In this document: positions 49,335-62,000 of the stretch, in pieces
Layout of the letters: the number at the start of each line of letters is the position of its first letter
Numbering within the stretch: the first letter of the stretch is position 1
Origin: Trichodelitschia bisporula
Taxonomy: Eukaryota
Reading direction: 5' to 3'
Assembly (NCBI GenBank): GCA_010356995.1
Contig: ML996689.1
Coordinates: 700,691-764,690, forward strand
DNA: 64,000 nt
The notes under the pieces: generated by a model
What the model was told of the DNA's origin: nothing
The model's input: the letters and a program-made list of their open reading frames with translations, nothing else
Databases searched by the model: none
Translations under genes and position numbers: made by a program

Positions 49335-49555
49335 TCTACCTTGTTAAACAATGCATAAATTGATGTTGCGTACTTCTTACTGTATGCCTGAGGCTTAAGC
49401 CTTCAACCTATAAGATCTGAAGCTAGTGCCGGATTGTCGGGAGCTAAGGGCTCGCAGGCCTGACATAGCGCCAAGCATGTGAACTGGAAAAAAGTGGAAG
49501 TTCAGCCACGAGAAGCAACAGCATTCATCAGCCATCCCGCCTTTCAGGACTTTAC

Positions 49556-52242
49556 ATGACGACGCGCACCATTCCCGGCGCCTTCGTCTGCCTACAATGC
49601 CGACTTCGACATCTCCGTCCTCGTGAGTTCCGGGCACCGTTTGAAGCCTTCCGGCAGGCCGGTCCCCGTCACCTCCGGTTCGCATCCTCCCAACCAGACG
49701 CCGCCCCAGATGCGAAGCCTCCTTCACCCCCAGAGCTCAAACCGAAACGCCCGCGGAAGCCGAGGAAGAAGTCAGCTCCGCCGCCAGACAATACCGAAGG
49801 AAGTCCAGCTGGGGTCGCAGTACTAGATGCTGGAGGAACGCAGGAGACACCGCACGTCGATGGAACCAACGAGGCCGGCGTCGGCAGTGTTCTAGGATCG
49901 AACCGCGATGCTATTTTGGGATACCTTAAGGACAAAGGTGGTGGACCAAGTGAGGATGCAACATATGAGATGATCGACAAGCTATTGTCAAGTCATACAC
50001 AAACTGTTCCCGGACATATATCCCAGCAGGAATATCTCGATATGGTGAAAGACTTGAAGGAGGGCTTCACAAATAAGCAGTTGCAAAAGTACGCTTCACG
50101 AAAAGATGCTCAGGAACTCTCTGCGAATCTGAAAGGGCCTATATGGGTCCCCTTTACCGCATCGAAGTGGAAGCCGAAATCGAAAGAATCTTATGCCGAC
50201 AGGATCATCAAGCGGTGCTGGGGCTTGACCGTGGACGATCAGGGTGACCTGGGCCATATTGATGTTCCCTTGAAACATTTCGAGCACGGGTTGCTGAGCG
50301 TTGGATGTATGTTCATGGACCCTGACTTGCGACATTTCATTAACGCCGTGCAGCGCCTTCGGACATCGAGCAGCTTTCAGCAAGAAAGAATGTCCAAATT
50401 GAAGCTACTGGAGATAAGTTGAGAATCATTGGCACTCATGGAGCTGCGGAGGATGCGATGGCAGCTCTCACAGAATTGAGGTCGACGATAATCAACAAAA
50501 CGGTTTGGATCAATCATCTTTTTCCACTACGAACCAGGATTCCTAACCGTCCTCACGTATCGTCTCGGGATCTGAAAGCGGTGGGCGACTTGACTGGCAG
50601 CACAATTACGGCCACACCCGCCCCGCATATTTATGTCATTCGGTCGACCAACGAAACTGACTGGTACGATGCGAGGCGAGCTCTAGTAGCTCTCATGTCA
50701 CCGATGCACCTGTCGACAACTGCTACCCTTGCCGACATCCAGGACACATCCAAGCTTTCATTGACGAACTTCTCGATGTTCCAGTATTTGCCATTTCGGT
50801 ACCGAAGTTCTAAATGGTTTCGCATCGCTTCTCCTGTCCCGAGGGTCGATGGGGCCTCGACTAAGTCTGACGAGGAAACTATAGAAAGCAAGGCAGATCC
50901 CGTGGTCCCGCCTGGGCTCAGAAATGGCGTCGACTCCGCGCTCAATCGTGGCCCAGTCATTTCGCGGCTTACGGATTTGTTAGGAACCAAGGGGGTGCGC
51001 AATTCAGTCCGATTTGGTTCTGTATTGCATACCGGAGCGGCAAATGACATCCTTGAATCCGTTCAAGCGCCGGACCAGAAGTTTAACGTCATGAATATCT
51101 TCGCGCAAGCGATCCCGGGCTTGTCTCGTGTCCTTCCGTACCTCAAACTCCGGGAAGACAAGCACAAGACGCAAATGGATGTTCTGTCCTTTACCCTTTT
51201 TCCGAGCAAGAAGCCGCCGAAGGATGGATCCGTCCCCACGACCATAAAAGTGTACCCCCGAGTATGCGTGGAGTTCTTCGTCAGCGGCTTTGGACAGCCT
51301 CAGCAAGTCGTAGAGTTTTCACGAATCTGCGCTGTTGCCGACCACGCAACGTATGTCTGCACGCCCGCACGCGCGGTTGACATGGAGCTCGCAACGACGG
51401 CCACGTCAACTATTGTGGAAGACCTTAAGACTGCCTCCCCGGCTGTGCGCGACTTCGTGGAGCAGACCAAAGCCAACATCATTGGCGGTGGGCTGCTGCG
51501 CGCCCCACATGCTGTTTCCCTCCCGATCATTGCCAGCCCCGGTAAGGATGACATCGAGGTCGAGTACATGTTCACCAGCGTAGAGCACCAGGAGATCGTG
51601 CCTCTAAAGTTTGAAGGCTTTCCCGTGTCCTACACCAGCATGACGGCTGGTAATCTGGGCGGACGACAGAGCGGACTCAGTTTACGGATGCCCGGGGCTG
51701 GTGAATACGGCGATGGAAAGACGCGGGGCGAATTCATTGAGGCTGCTTTCAAGTTGCAGCATCTAATCGATGAGGCTGCTCACGGCCGGCTGGCCGAACC
51801 ACCGGGGTTGATACGATCTCTGCCTGTTGAGGGGCTGCCGACGACCACGGAGTGGGTGACCAAGGCTAAACGGGCTCGTCCGGTTTTCACCCCATTTGTC
51901 AAGACTTCGAGGGGGGAGTCACCGTCGGAAGTAGTTTTCAGATCGATATTGAAGTCGACTGCTATGACCGGAGCCGGTGATGCAGAGCCGGTCGTAGCTT
52001 CCGAGGCTGCAGTTGGTTCTGCTGACAATTCGCTTCCCGAGCGGAGTGCGGTCAACGCGGAAACCGGCGACACACCTAGAACCGATGAAATTGAAGCTAG
52101 GAATGGCGTCGGAGTTGAAGGAAACGGAAAGGACGGTGATGGACCTGCCACCATGGAGGGAACACGACCCGAAGATCGCTCGGGAGTCAATGATGATATG
52201 GAGCATGGGGGTGACAGCACTGGACTGAAGCAGACAGGCTGA
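49556..52242 (+). CDS. Probable mitochondrial inner-membrane-bound regulator (Sls1-like)
   Basis: Presequence-like N-terminus with VCLQCRLR; GFTNKQLQKY and RIIKRCWGL motifs. Intron 50307-50353 joins the 288-aa and 607-aa ORFs in frame. Confidence 0.6.
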
Positions 52243-53404
52243 AGGTCTATCTGTCTTGTATATAATTATGTATCAGTACAGGAATACCCTCCGCTTATCG
52301 GAACCTAATGACGATTGGATCGAGACTCGCTGGCCGAATCTGTCGTTTGGGCTTAGGGCTGATGAACGGCTACGGAATTCACTACATTTCGGGCCGAGCA
52401 CTAGGCATTCGGCATGACGTGCTCGGAATGCCAATGAGCCTGATAGACGGCGATTGTCGGAGGTTGAGGCCGTCCCCGCGATCGCAGGTCCAGCCTTCTT
52501 GCCAAGTGCTGTCGCCAAGAAATGATATCATATTGTCTCGGGACCACAGGCCTGGGGAAGCTGAGAGCTGCAAGACTGTGGAGAAGTGAAACAGATGAGA
52601 ATTCTCTCCAACCCAGGCTTCTTAACGGGCTTTCTGAGTGCCGCCACGTACATCAAGTCACGGGAAAACAGGAAATCTCGGCGGGCGCAAGACAGGTTAA
52701 CAGCCCAACCCCAAACCAGCGTTGAAGCCATGACGGACGCGCAGATCACGAATCTGTGGCGCGACGACGTTTCTTGCGCCGCATTTTTGGTCGCTGTTGG
52801 GAAGGGATCGGCGGGTTTTGAGAGCGGGTAAAGGATCTGGGCGTCACTTGTTCATCGCAGGAAGGGCGATTGATGAGCGACTATCGCAATTGCAGACAAG
52901 GCTGGACCCTTGATAAGCGGCATAAGCTTTTTTGAGGTCGGCGACTTTCCAACGTTAGCCCGTGCTTTGCTCAGCCTTTGGAAGCGGGTCTGGGGAAGGG
53001 CGAAAGATGCGGTACGGTAGGTCCCCGCTTTAAAGCGGACGCGGCTGGTGATCAGGCTTTGTCATTTGGCATGATCAAGTGGAATCTCAAGGGCCATTCC
53101 CCGCGTTGTTGCGGGTGGTCGCGGTGCTGTGGCCGACGCTTCCGCGGCCATCTGACGTCACTTCATATCCTGGAACGTACGCACCTGCGCTTCTCCGTTC
53201 GTGACGGCCATTGCACACCACAATCAACTCCTACACCTTCCGTTTCACCGTTCTCACATACACCCCGCCATCCTCCCCCCTCCTCTTAATTCGCAAAGTA
53301 TCCTCACCATAGCCTCCCTTGTCGAATATCGTACCGACTCTCCATTCCATCGCCATCTTCATTCTTCCCCCATACTCCGTCACCGACGGACAAAGCTTAA
53401 CACA

Positions 53405-54429
53405 ATGACGGTGATATGGGGACTCGACCTCAAGGAGATACAATGGAGCAAGTTCAAGAACTCCAACATGTGGAATAACATGTACTATCGCCGTCGCACC
53501 AAGTTCGGCGTCTACCAGCTCGCGATGATCCTGTGCGTGGTGTCCGAGTCACTGGGCACCGACGCCCTTTCCCGTAAGCAAAGCACCCGAATCCCACTCA
53601 CGCGCACCCTAGCCCATTCCAGGCTCGTCACTACACCAGTAGAACTAACCCCTGCCCCCTCACATAGAATACCTCGACCAGAAGAGGTTGGTAGCAGCCA
53701 CCCTCCCGCGCCTGCCGAATGGCGAGCCAGTGAGGGAGTACAACCGCGACATCGTCGGCAGCTTCAGCTACAACATCTTCGCCGGCGTCTTCGTGGCGAC
53801 CATCTTCGGCGCCGCCTTCTTCTTCGATCTCTTCTGGCCCGAGCGCCGTGAGTCCAAAGCCGTCAAGCTAGCGTGGCGCATCTGCTCCGTGCTCGCCAGC
53901 ATCTTCGCCCTCTCCAGCGCCATAAACCTAACCGTCATCCTCGTCACCCGCCGTGCGCGCCTCTCCACCCCCTCCATGGAGAAAGCAATCACCGTCAAAC
54001 CCGCGCTCACGTACCGCAAGAACGGAGAGGCCGTTGCATCTGTCGTGCTCATCTGGCTCGGGTGGTTGGCCACCGTCTGGGCGTGAGTGTCGCCCCCCCT
54101 GAGCGTCTCGGCTGCTCATCCGAAGCTAACTGGGTGCCAGCACCGTCCTGATGTGGCGATGCATCTCCCACATTGACCGCTATGGACCCTTCTCCAAGCA
54201 TGCCCGCCCAATGGAGCCGAAGCCCACAGACCATGCCGCCAGGCTCAGTGATGACGTCCCCGTCGCCAGCGAGTCAAACCCGCATACCCACGAGGCGCAG
54301 CCCGAGCTCGCGAAACCAACGGAGGCTGCGAGACCTGGCGAGGGGGTGAGGGTGGCAGACAATGGGTATGCGCATCAGCCCAATAGCTCGCTGAACAGGC
54401 ATGCAACTGCACATCACCCTGGGTACTAA
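53405..54429 (+). CDS. Fungal hypothetical membrane protein with about 4 TM segments
   Basis: Three exons (introns ~53574-53667 and ~54083-54140): MTVIWGLDLKEIQWSKFK...YQLAMILCVVSESLGT...FVATIFGAAFFFDLFWPERRES...GPFSKHAR. Confidence 0.8.
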
Positions 54430-55385
54430 ACAGGGCGCTGTAGGGACCAAAGTCATTACGTGACGCCAGCATCCACCGCGCTTCCTGAGAGTACGGACAA
54501 CGCCGGCGGACACTAATTATAATTCTGCATTGCGACGATCATATCTGCTCAGGGAGGTTTGCGCAGGGAGTCCGGAGTTTGGATAGCAGTGCTGGAGCGA
54601 TTCGACGAAAACCGCAAAATTGAATTGTTTGACGGGAATTCCGAACCCACGAAGTGCTGCAGTAACCTGAAGCTGCGAATTGGTTCCGACATCCGTTCGT
54701 TGTGTGGGTGAATTTTTTTTCGTGGGGCGGACGGATCGGGGCTGGCGTGGTAGCCGTCACCGTTGGCCACGTACATGCGCACCTTCGTTGGGGACGCACT
54801 TCGCTGTGCATATCTGCATCCTGCACGTCCAACATATAGGGTTTTCCGGGGTTGAAGCTTTCGTTGCGGTGAGTGGAAGGCTTTTTTTTTCGCCCCAAGT
54901 AGCGGTGGATTATGCCATTGCGCGAGCGAGTTAGTGGTTGTTCCTGCGATCGTGTACATTCGCCGTAGGAGCTGCCGCGGTTATGTTTTAATGTCTTTTC
55001 CCTGTCTAGTTGGTGTGCTTTCAGCATACACTACTGGGTCCATCAGTAGGGTATCTTTGGGACTTGTAGCTGTGAAGTGACATGATGAGTGTTTGTTCAA
55101 TTGGGTACCTCAGACTGCAAACCTGTCGGCCAGTCAGGGTTAGAAAGCCGGCAGAGATTTCACCAAAAGGGAGGGACATGAAGCTCTAGTTGTAAGTCTT
55201 TAGTTGATAAACCTGCGAGCACAAAGATGTGCGGCTGGCCTCGCTTTGTTGTCCTCAATAGGCTTTGCTCAAAATACGCTCCTGCTCCAAAGGCTGTACA
55301 CTGAACCGACGAGTACTCTGCACGCTCGCAATACGAGGGCATTCAGGCAGCGTTGATCGTCGCAAGGAAGGTCGCATAGGCCGCA

Positions 55386-57029
55386 TCAAACCGTGCGGCG
55401 ATCCGTCATGACGCGCGCGATGCTACCCGGGCCCGCGATCTCTACGACCTGGATATGATCGTTAGCATCCCATTCGCTAGGTTTATGATCTACTGAGACT
55501 GATGGATAGGACATAATCGCTTAAGTATCGTGCAGCTCCCGTAACCAGTCTCGCGAGCGCAGACAAAGAAAAGAAAAGCGGAACGGAACGGACCTTCTCA
55601 TGCCAGCTGAGCAGCACGCTCATCGCCTGGCCACTAGTATCACCACCGAGCGAGCGATGTGAGATCTGCGAGAAGCCCGTGGGTTGTGGCGAAATAGCCT
55701 TAGGGCCAGAAGGCGTGTGGGATGAGTTGAGGGCCATCCCGCGGTAGCTGCGACATGAGGTGGTTAGTGACATGAAGATTAGGTGGGGGAAAGACCTGAG
55801 GAAATGAGAAGATTGGAAAGGCGGGATGAAATGTAGGGACATGTTTCTGAAGGACAAAGACGTATGTGTGTGGGAATATGCGATAGCGATTTCGCGATGG
55901 TGGCGCGTGAGCGCGGCTAATCCCGACCCCAGCCTCACGGCCCTAGACTCCAAAGACAGACGTCGGAGCAAGCCTTACACGTGGAAACGCCACTGTGACA
56001 TTAGGGTGGGGGTTGAGAATGGGGGGTGAGACGGAGATATATCGAGTTGGGAAGGACCGATGCCGGAAATCAAGGAGTCTCATACATGTACTTCATCAGT
56101 GTATCCAAGACCTCCGACCCGCCTTCGCTCTGGTATATCCGGCTCAGAATTGGCGACATCTCCGACTGGCGGATAGACTGTAGAATCTCGATGACGGTCG
56201 CGAGGTGAATTTCCTGTGACATTCCTAGTTAGTAGACCGTACAAGGTTCCCAGCCTTGATTCAGCTTCGTAATCCGATGCCAAGCCATAGCGGACGCTGA
56301 TAGACTCTACGCGCATTGGACAAAAACGCCGAAAGACGAAGAATGGAGATTGAGAAAGCAATGCGAGAAACCCGTATTATCAAACAGAAAGCCACAAGAC
56401 CAAACGCCACACGATACAAAGCCCGGCGAACAAGAAACTTGCGACATGTCTATCGGCTCAGACGAATGACGAGACAGCAATATGGTATTTGCCGCTGGGA
56501 AGAAACCCCACAAAATTCGCCCCTAGGCAGCCATCGATGGAGCAACAGGGCTGTTACCAATAGCAACCTCAGCATGAGGAAGCGAGAAAGGGAGGAGAGG
56601 ACGTTGGAGTGCCAATTTGCTTTTTGGAACCCCCCATGCCTGTCATCCAACACCCACGCGCCAAGGCCCCCCAATCGTAACGTCAACTCATATCATAACC
56701 CAGGGAGACAAGAAGGTTAGAGAACCAAGGGGAGCGTAACATCCCAAGGTAGGATGACTGTTGCCCAAAGCATGCAAAGGGAAAAAAGACCCACGCACCT
56801 TGCCTCGTCCGTCCGCACCGTACGGTGCAGTGTCCAGGGCGCCTCGGAGCGCACCCTCAAAGTCACCCCCGCGTAGCAACTGCCGTATCTGGGCCGTAAG
56901 CGCCTGGACGTCGGCTGTCGCAACGGAGGGCGCAGAGGGTGTAAGAGTGGAAAGGTCGAAGTTTGCCGGCGAGTCCGGGTCGAGCGCGTCGACATTGATG
57001 GTGCGCCAGTTCTGCTGGACCGATGTCAT
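55386..57029 (-). CDS. ARC15: Arp2/3 complex subunit ARPC5/Arc15
   Basis: Exons 56799-57029, 56086-56213, 55594-55747, 55386-55448. WRTINVDALDPD, ALDTAPYG, LDTLMKYIYRGM, SVLLSWHEKVVEIAGPGSIARVMTDRRTV*. Confidence 0.95.
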
Positions 57030-58939
57030 GGCTGCGGCTGGTAGAAACGGAGGTCACTCGGGGAGGTGCGGGGCGAGACCTTCTCGGGATTCGGCAACGT
57101 CGTGGAGGGCGGTGCTGTGCGCTGGATGTCAGGTGGCGCCGTTGTATAGGCGATTTATTTCGGATGAGTAGAGGCGGGGGGGGTTGTGCTGCTGTCTGAA
57201 GGGTTGACGGAGGAGGGGGCTGAGCAAGCGGGATGCGTGTGGAAATGCCAGCGGGTGGTGGTGCGGCTCAAGCTGAGGTGAATGGCTTGTGTACAGTAAG
57301 ATGTGATGATGGCAGGCCGGGGTGGGGAGCTCTTGGGTGGGTGGAGTGGATTTGGGACGTGGGGGGAGGAAAGGTGGGAGGCGGAGGAGCTCTTGTTGCC
57401 AAGAATACGGGATGACAGCGTTTGGGAAACCGCGAAGCAAGTGGGGGGGGCAGGGGTGGTTGACATGGGATTTGCGCGGGGGAGGAGCGACCTATGTCGA
57501 TGCCTCATCGTTGCCTCATTAGCTAAACCATCAGGGAAAAAGTGGCCGACGAAGAAAGAGGAGAGGAGAAGACAAGAGCTGCAAGGCTTGCACATCCACC
57601 CGACCAACCTGGTGTGCGATCATGCAAGGCTCGACGGCTTAATCAGAGTCCTTCCAGGTCCAGCATGGTTACAACGTCCAACGCACCTAGCGCTGCAGCG
57701 GGAGACGCCTCCCGCTTCGCTCGTGTGATGGCTGCAGACCAAATGGGCGAATACCGTGCTCATGAAATGCATCACATCGCCGAGAACCGGCGCACAAAGA
57801 GTTCCCACAATGTGCAATATTAGAAGTCAGGCATATTTTTGGTGATGGTGATGAACGACGTGGGAATCACGATACTACACGTACAACGCTTCTTCGCTGC
57901 GGAAAGGTTCCAATGTCAATGTTGCGCTAGTACACCTAGTCCTGAGAAACAGCATTCCGCGACCAAGCCAGGATCGCTCCAGTACACTGGGCATAATTAA
58001 GCCATAAGACAACCGCCCACAACCTTGGGAAAAACTCCCTCCCAAGTGCCACATTGGTATGAGAAACGAGGAAAAAAACACGTCCCAGATGCGCCATACT
58101 GCCGAAGAGATGGAGCGCGTACTCCTCGATCTCCGACCCACATCTAGTAATACATGTCTGTTCCAAAAAGAGCCAAAAGCCAAACACTAAAAGTGGTGAT
58201 GTCCTTGCGCGAGCAAGTCAAAAGTCTATAAGCATACCAAGAGAAGAGAAGTGCGTGAACCAGATAACAACCAACCCAGTTTTTGGTATCTCGTGCCCGA
58301 GCCCCCCTTCCCAATCTTTCTGAACGCCGAACTTTTTGTATCCAGAGAAACGAGCTGAACAACCCAAGGAATGCAAGGAGACAGGCAGCCGAGAGACAAG
58401 AATGCTGCGGGATGATGATGATACAGGGGAATTTTGCTGAGAAAAGGTCGTAGCAAGGAGGAAAAAGTCTATCATGTCGCAGTCGAAGGGTGATCGCTCA
58501 GACGCTGAAGGTGATCGCCACTCGAACGGCCGACAAAGGAACACTTGCGCCCCCCAAAAAAATGTCGACATTAGAAAAAGGCGTACAGGGTATCCGAAAA
58601 GGTCGTCCAAGAAGGCGAAGAGGAGAGAGATTAGATGTAATCGGAGGCGATGACTGAAAGAGTACGCGGCTTCGGATGCCTGCAGCGGGGCGCGACTCCG
58701 TCAGTCACCCATCCTGGCTCGTTGCACGTAGGGTTACCGCGCGACGAGGAAGGTGTTGCGCGGCAGGGGTTGCCGCGCGGATCGATGCCCTTTTGACGTA
58801 CTGTGCAGCACCAACACCATCCTTCTCGCGCGCCAGGGGAAGGAGACTGGATAGTGAGCCCGAACCGACACAGCATCGTCCAAAGATCGTGAGGCGATCC
58901 ACCGGCCCTGTGCGCAAAAAAGGGAAAAAAGGTAATCGA

Positions 58940-59041
58940 CTACCGCCGCTTTGGAGGCGGTGGTGGCGGCTTCGGCGTGCCCGTCGTATCGTACGCTCCA
59001 CGACCCATATGAATGCACGGGTAGATTTCCCTGACGATCAT
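58940..59041 (-). CDS. Candidate 33-aa micropeptide MIVREIYPCIHMGRGAYDTTGTPKPPPPPPKRR
   Basis: ATG in a strong TTCAAAATG context, 19 nt after a canonical intron 3' end (GCTAAT branch, TATAG acceptor at 59061). Upstream donors GTGAGT (59154) and GTAAGC (59116). Confidence 0.55.
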   Translation of the reverse strand: MIVREIYPCIHMGRGAYDTTGTPKPPPPPPKRR

Positions 59042-62000
59042 TTTGAAGGACTCTGGAGACCTATATATCAAGATACCAAATTAGCATCACGGCGGAACCA
59101 TTTTTCCACGGCTTACGCCGTTCTGACGGCGCAGGTCATGCTTAGGTGACTCACTCTTGCAGGCAGTAGACTTGGAGCCCGGGGTACTCCGTACTTCGTG
59201 GGGGACTCTCAGTGGAGAGTAGGGGACTGCGGCAATGCGCGTAAACGTGGCGCGGTAGCTGGCTGGTTGGTACGAGAGAGCGGTGGGCCGACAGGTCGGG
59301 GTCCGGGGCAGAGAACCGTCTTGGTAGGGGAAGCGGAATGCGTAGTCCGTCTCGGGGAAACGTGGGGAGAAGGGTGCGGTGACGAAGGTGAGAGTCGAGG
59401 TCGCAAGGACGTGGGCGTTGCTTTCGTTATGTAGTCGTTGGACCGGCAAGCATTTGAAAGCAAGCGGGCAGGCAGTGGTGAGCAATCGCAGGCGGAGAGA
59501 CGGATATGGGCAGGCTGTTGGTGGTCAGGAGAATGTGGCGCCCAATGTGATGGTGACGGCGTGGGGTGAATGTGATGGAATGATGGGGGCGGATGGGATG
59601 TCTTGCGCCAGGGGAGAGGGCGAAGCAAGTCCTTTATGAAGGAGTATGGAAGTGGAGAGAGAAGAGGAGATGTGTGTGGAAGATGGTTTGTATGGAGGAG
59701 AGCACGATTAGAAAAAGTTGACGGGATGTGTGGACATGAAATAATAAGAGCAAGGCCCCTTTCTTACTGTGCAAGGTACATGGTCCGTGAAGGGAGGGGT
59801 GTGTGGATGGGATGGTAGACAAAACCGAGACAATCTGGAAATTGATTTTTGACAATGACCACCATGACGTGCCCGGAGGGAGGCCGACAAGCACTCTAGT
59901 CGGGTTGTTTCGAAAGAGAAGCCCTGCCCCATACCGTGAGCGCCCCCATGAGTCCGTGAGTCTGTGAGTCCGTGAGACTGTGACTTTTAGTGAAGCTGGG
60001 AGCCTGGAAAGGGAAAAGGAAGACAGGGCCTGTGTGAGGCTTCTAGGCCCAAGCCAGTTGGAGAGAGAGAGGAGGCCGACAAAGAATGGGCAATAGAGTG
60101 ATAGTGATGGGCCGGTCTTGCCTGAGCGAGTTGTGAAGCCTATCCCTTTTTGGGGAGAGGAGACCATTCTTCTTTGCTTTCAAGAAAAAAAGGTTGGGTC
60201 GATACAATTCCAGCGAATAGGTTCACGCTCCACACCCTTGCAGTGGCTTGCTAGGCTTGGGGACGGGGGTGGCAGTTGTGGAAGGGGTGGGAGTTGGTGG
60301 GAAGTTAGGTGGGAGGTGGACTGGGGGGAGGAGGATTGAGAGCGATTGGGAGTGATTGGGAGCGACCAGGAGGTGGCATGGTTAGCATGGAAGGCTGGAG
60401 GGGATGGGCTTGCGGCGTTGCCCTGCCGCCCTGCAGGTACCAGAAGGAGACAACGATACTTCTTTTTCATAGAGGACTGAAAGCCAAAAGGTGACCCTAA
60501 AATCCAAAGGCTAGCCGCGGACTTCTCTCTAACCAAAGCCACTTGCCTCTAGTTCTACCGTAGCCTTGAGGAAAGCCTTGTCTCCCGTCTCTTGGAGCCC
60601 CACTGCGTACGTTGGATACTGTGGTCCGTAGACACTTGTACTATGCCACGCTATGAATTTTCCCTAGTCAACCTCATCTCTTGTCAATGCACCGTTGGGC
60701 CTTCAAAGGAATAGATCATCCTCTCTAACCTAGTGATCCTCCCTCAACGTTGTTGTCGTCGTACAATAGCCCTTTCCATCCTTTCTCGAAGGGCCTGTCG
60801 TTTGTATCCTAACCACTTCCTATCAAACGCAGGTCCCGCAAGGACACATACATTTGCGCGACTTGTAACGTCCCCGATCCCTCTTCTCAGCTCCTCCAAG
60901 CCCTGTAATTCAATATGCTTGGGCTCCTTTCTCATCGCCGCATCGGCCGTTATGGATGTGGTTGTCGCCGCCCCATCGCCGAGCTTCCCACCGGCCGCTT
61001 AGCTTCGCCGTACATCCTCCTCCGCCTACCCCCAAGGGTGGTTGGCACTGCACATCAACAGGCCTAGTCTGGTATCCGAACACACAAAAACACGAACAAA
61101 GAAGGAGAGTGAGAAGCAAACTGGATTACCGGACCGTGCGCGCGATGTCGCCCGCCGTGCCCGTCGGGCCATCCTGCCACTAGTGCTGGGCTTGGGCTTG
61201 GGCTGCTCTTTCCCCTCCCCAGCTTGGTGTCGTATCCGCCATCCCATCAGCTGTGTTAAGGGGTGCTCCCCTGGATACGTCCCTTTTTTCCCCTTCAAAG
61301 CGGCCACCCTTCGTGGAATTCGTGCCATCCCGCACGCCGTAAAAGAAAAAAGTCACGCCTACGAGCCTATCACGACGGCCTACTCATCCGCTGTGCCCGA
61401 TTTCCAAAATCTCACTCCTGCGACTGGTGTGACAGAAAGTTTAGTCGGAGGCCACAACCATATCGCCTTTCCTTTCTGCTCCTCCGATATGACGCAGCGT
61501 TGAGCGAGATAGGCAACTGCATTATGGTTCTGGCCGGACTGAGTATCGCACACAATTCAGCTGCCCGTAGGCCTCCAGAGCAGAGTAGGGAGAGTAACAC
61601 ATCCATTTCCCAATATAGATGGGATAGTGGATGGGGGTGGAGGACGCCGCTTCGCGCCTCTTCTGGGCGCTGTCTGTTACTAGCTGGCCTCGCATTATCC
61701 CACCCTTCCCCGTCGACTCAACCAGACGAGTCAGGTCTAGTTCAAGAGGCCGAATGGAGGTTAATCACACATACGGGATACCTTGCGGCTTTGACGTTGC
61801 TTGAGGCGCGCGCATCGTATCCGCGCGCCCACGAAGAATCATGCGAGACGCAGCAGTCAACAAAAGCGGGTCGGCGGATGAGTCGACAACTTTCGGCGAA
61901 GGGCAACGTTGAGAAATGTGCCGATGAGCCTTCTTGAAAATGCAACGGCCGTGTAAATCTGCGAGCGGGACGGTAGCGCAACAAGGCGCGGCGGCGGCAC

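Noticed and set aside
55082..58440. RTGATGA box-C-like motifs at ~55082 and ~58412
   Set aside because: There is no suitably spaced box D with a terminal stem or recognisable rRNA guide.
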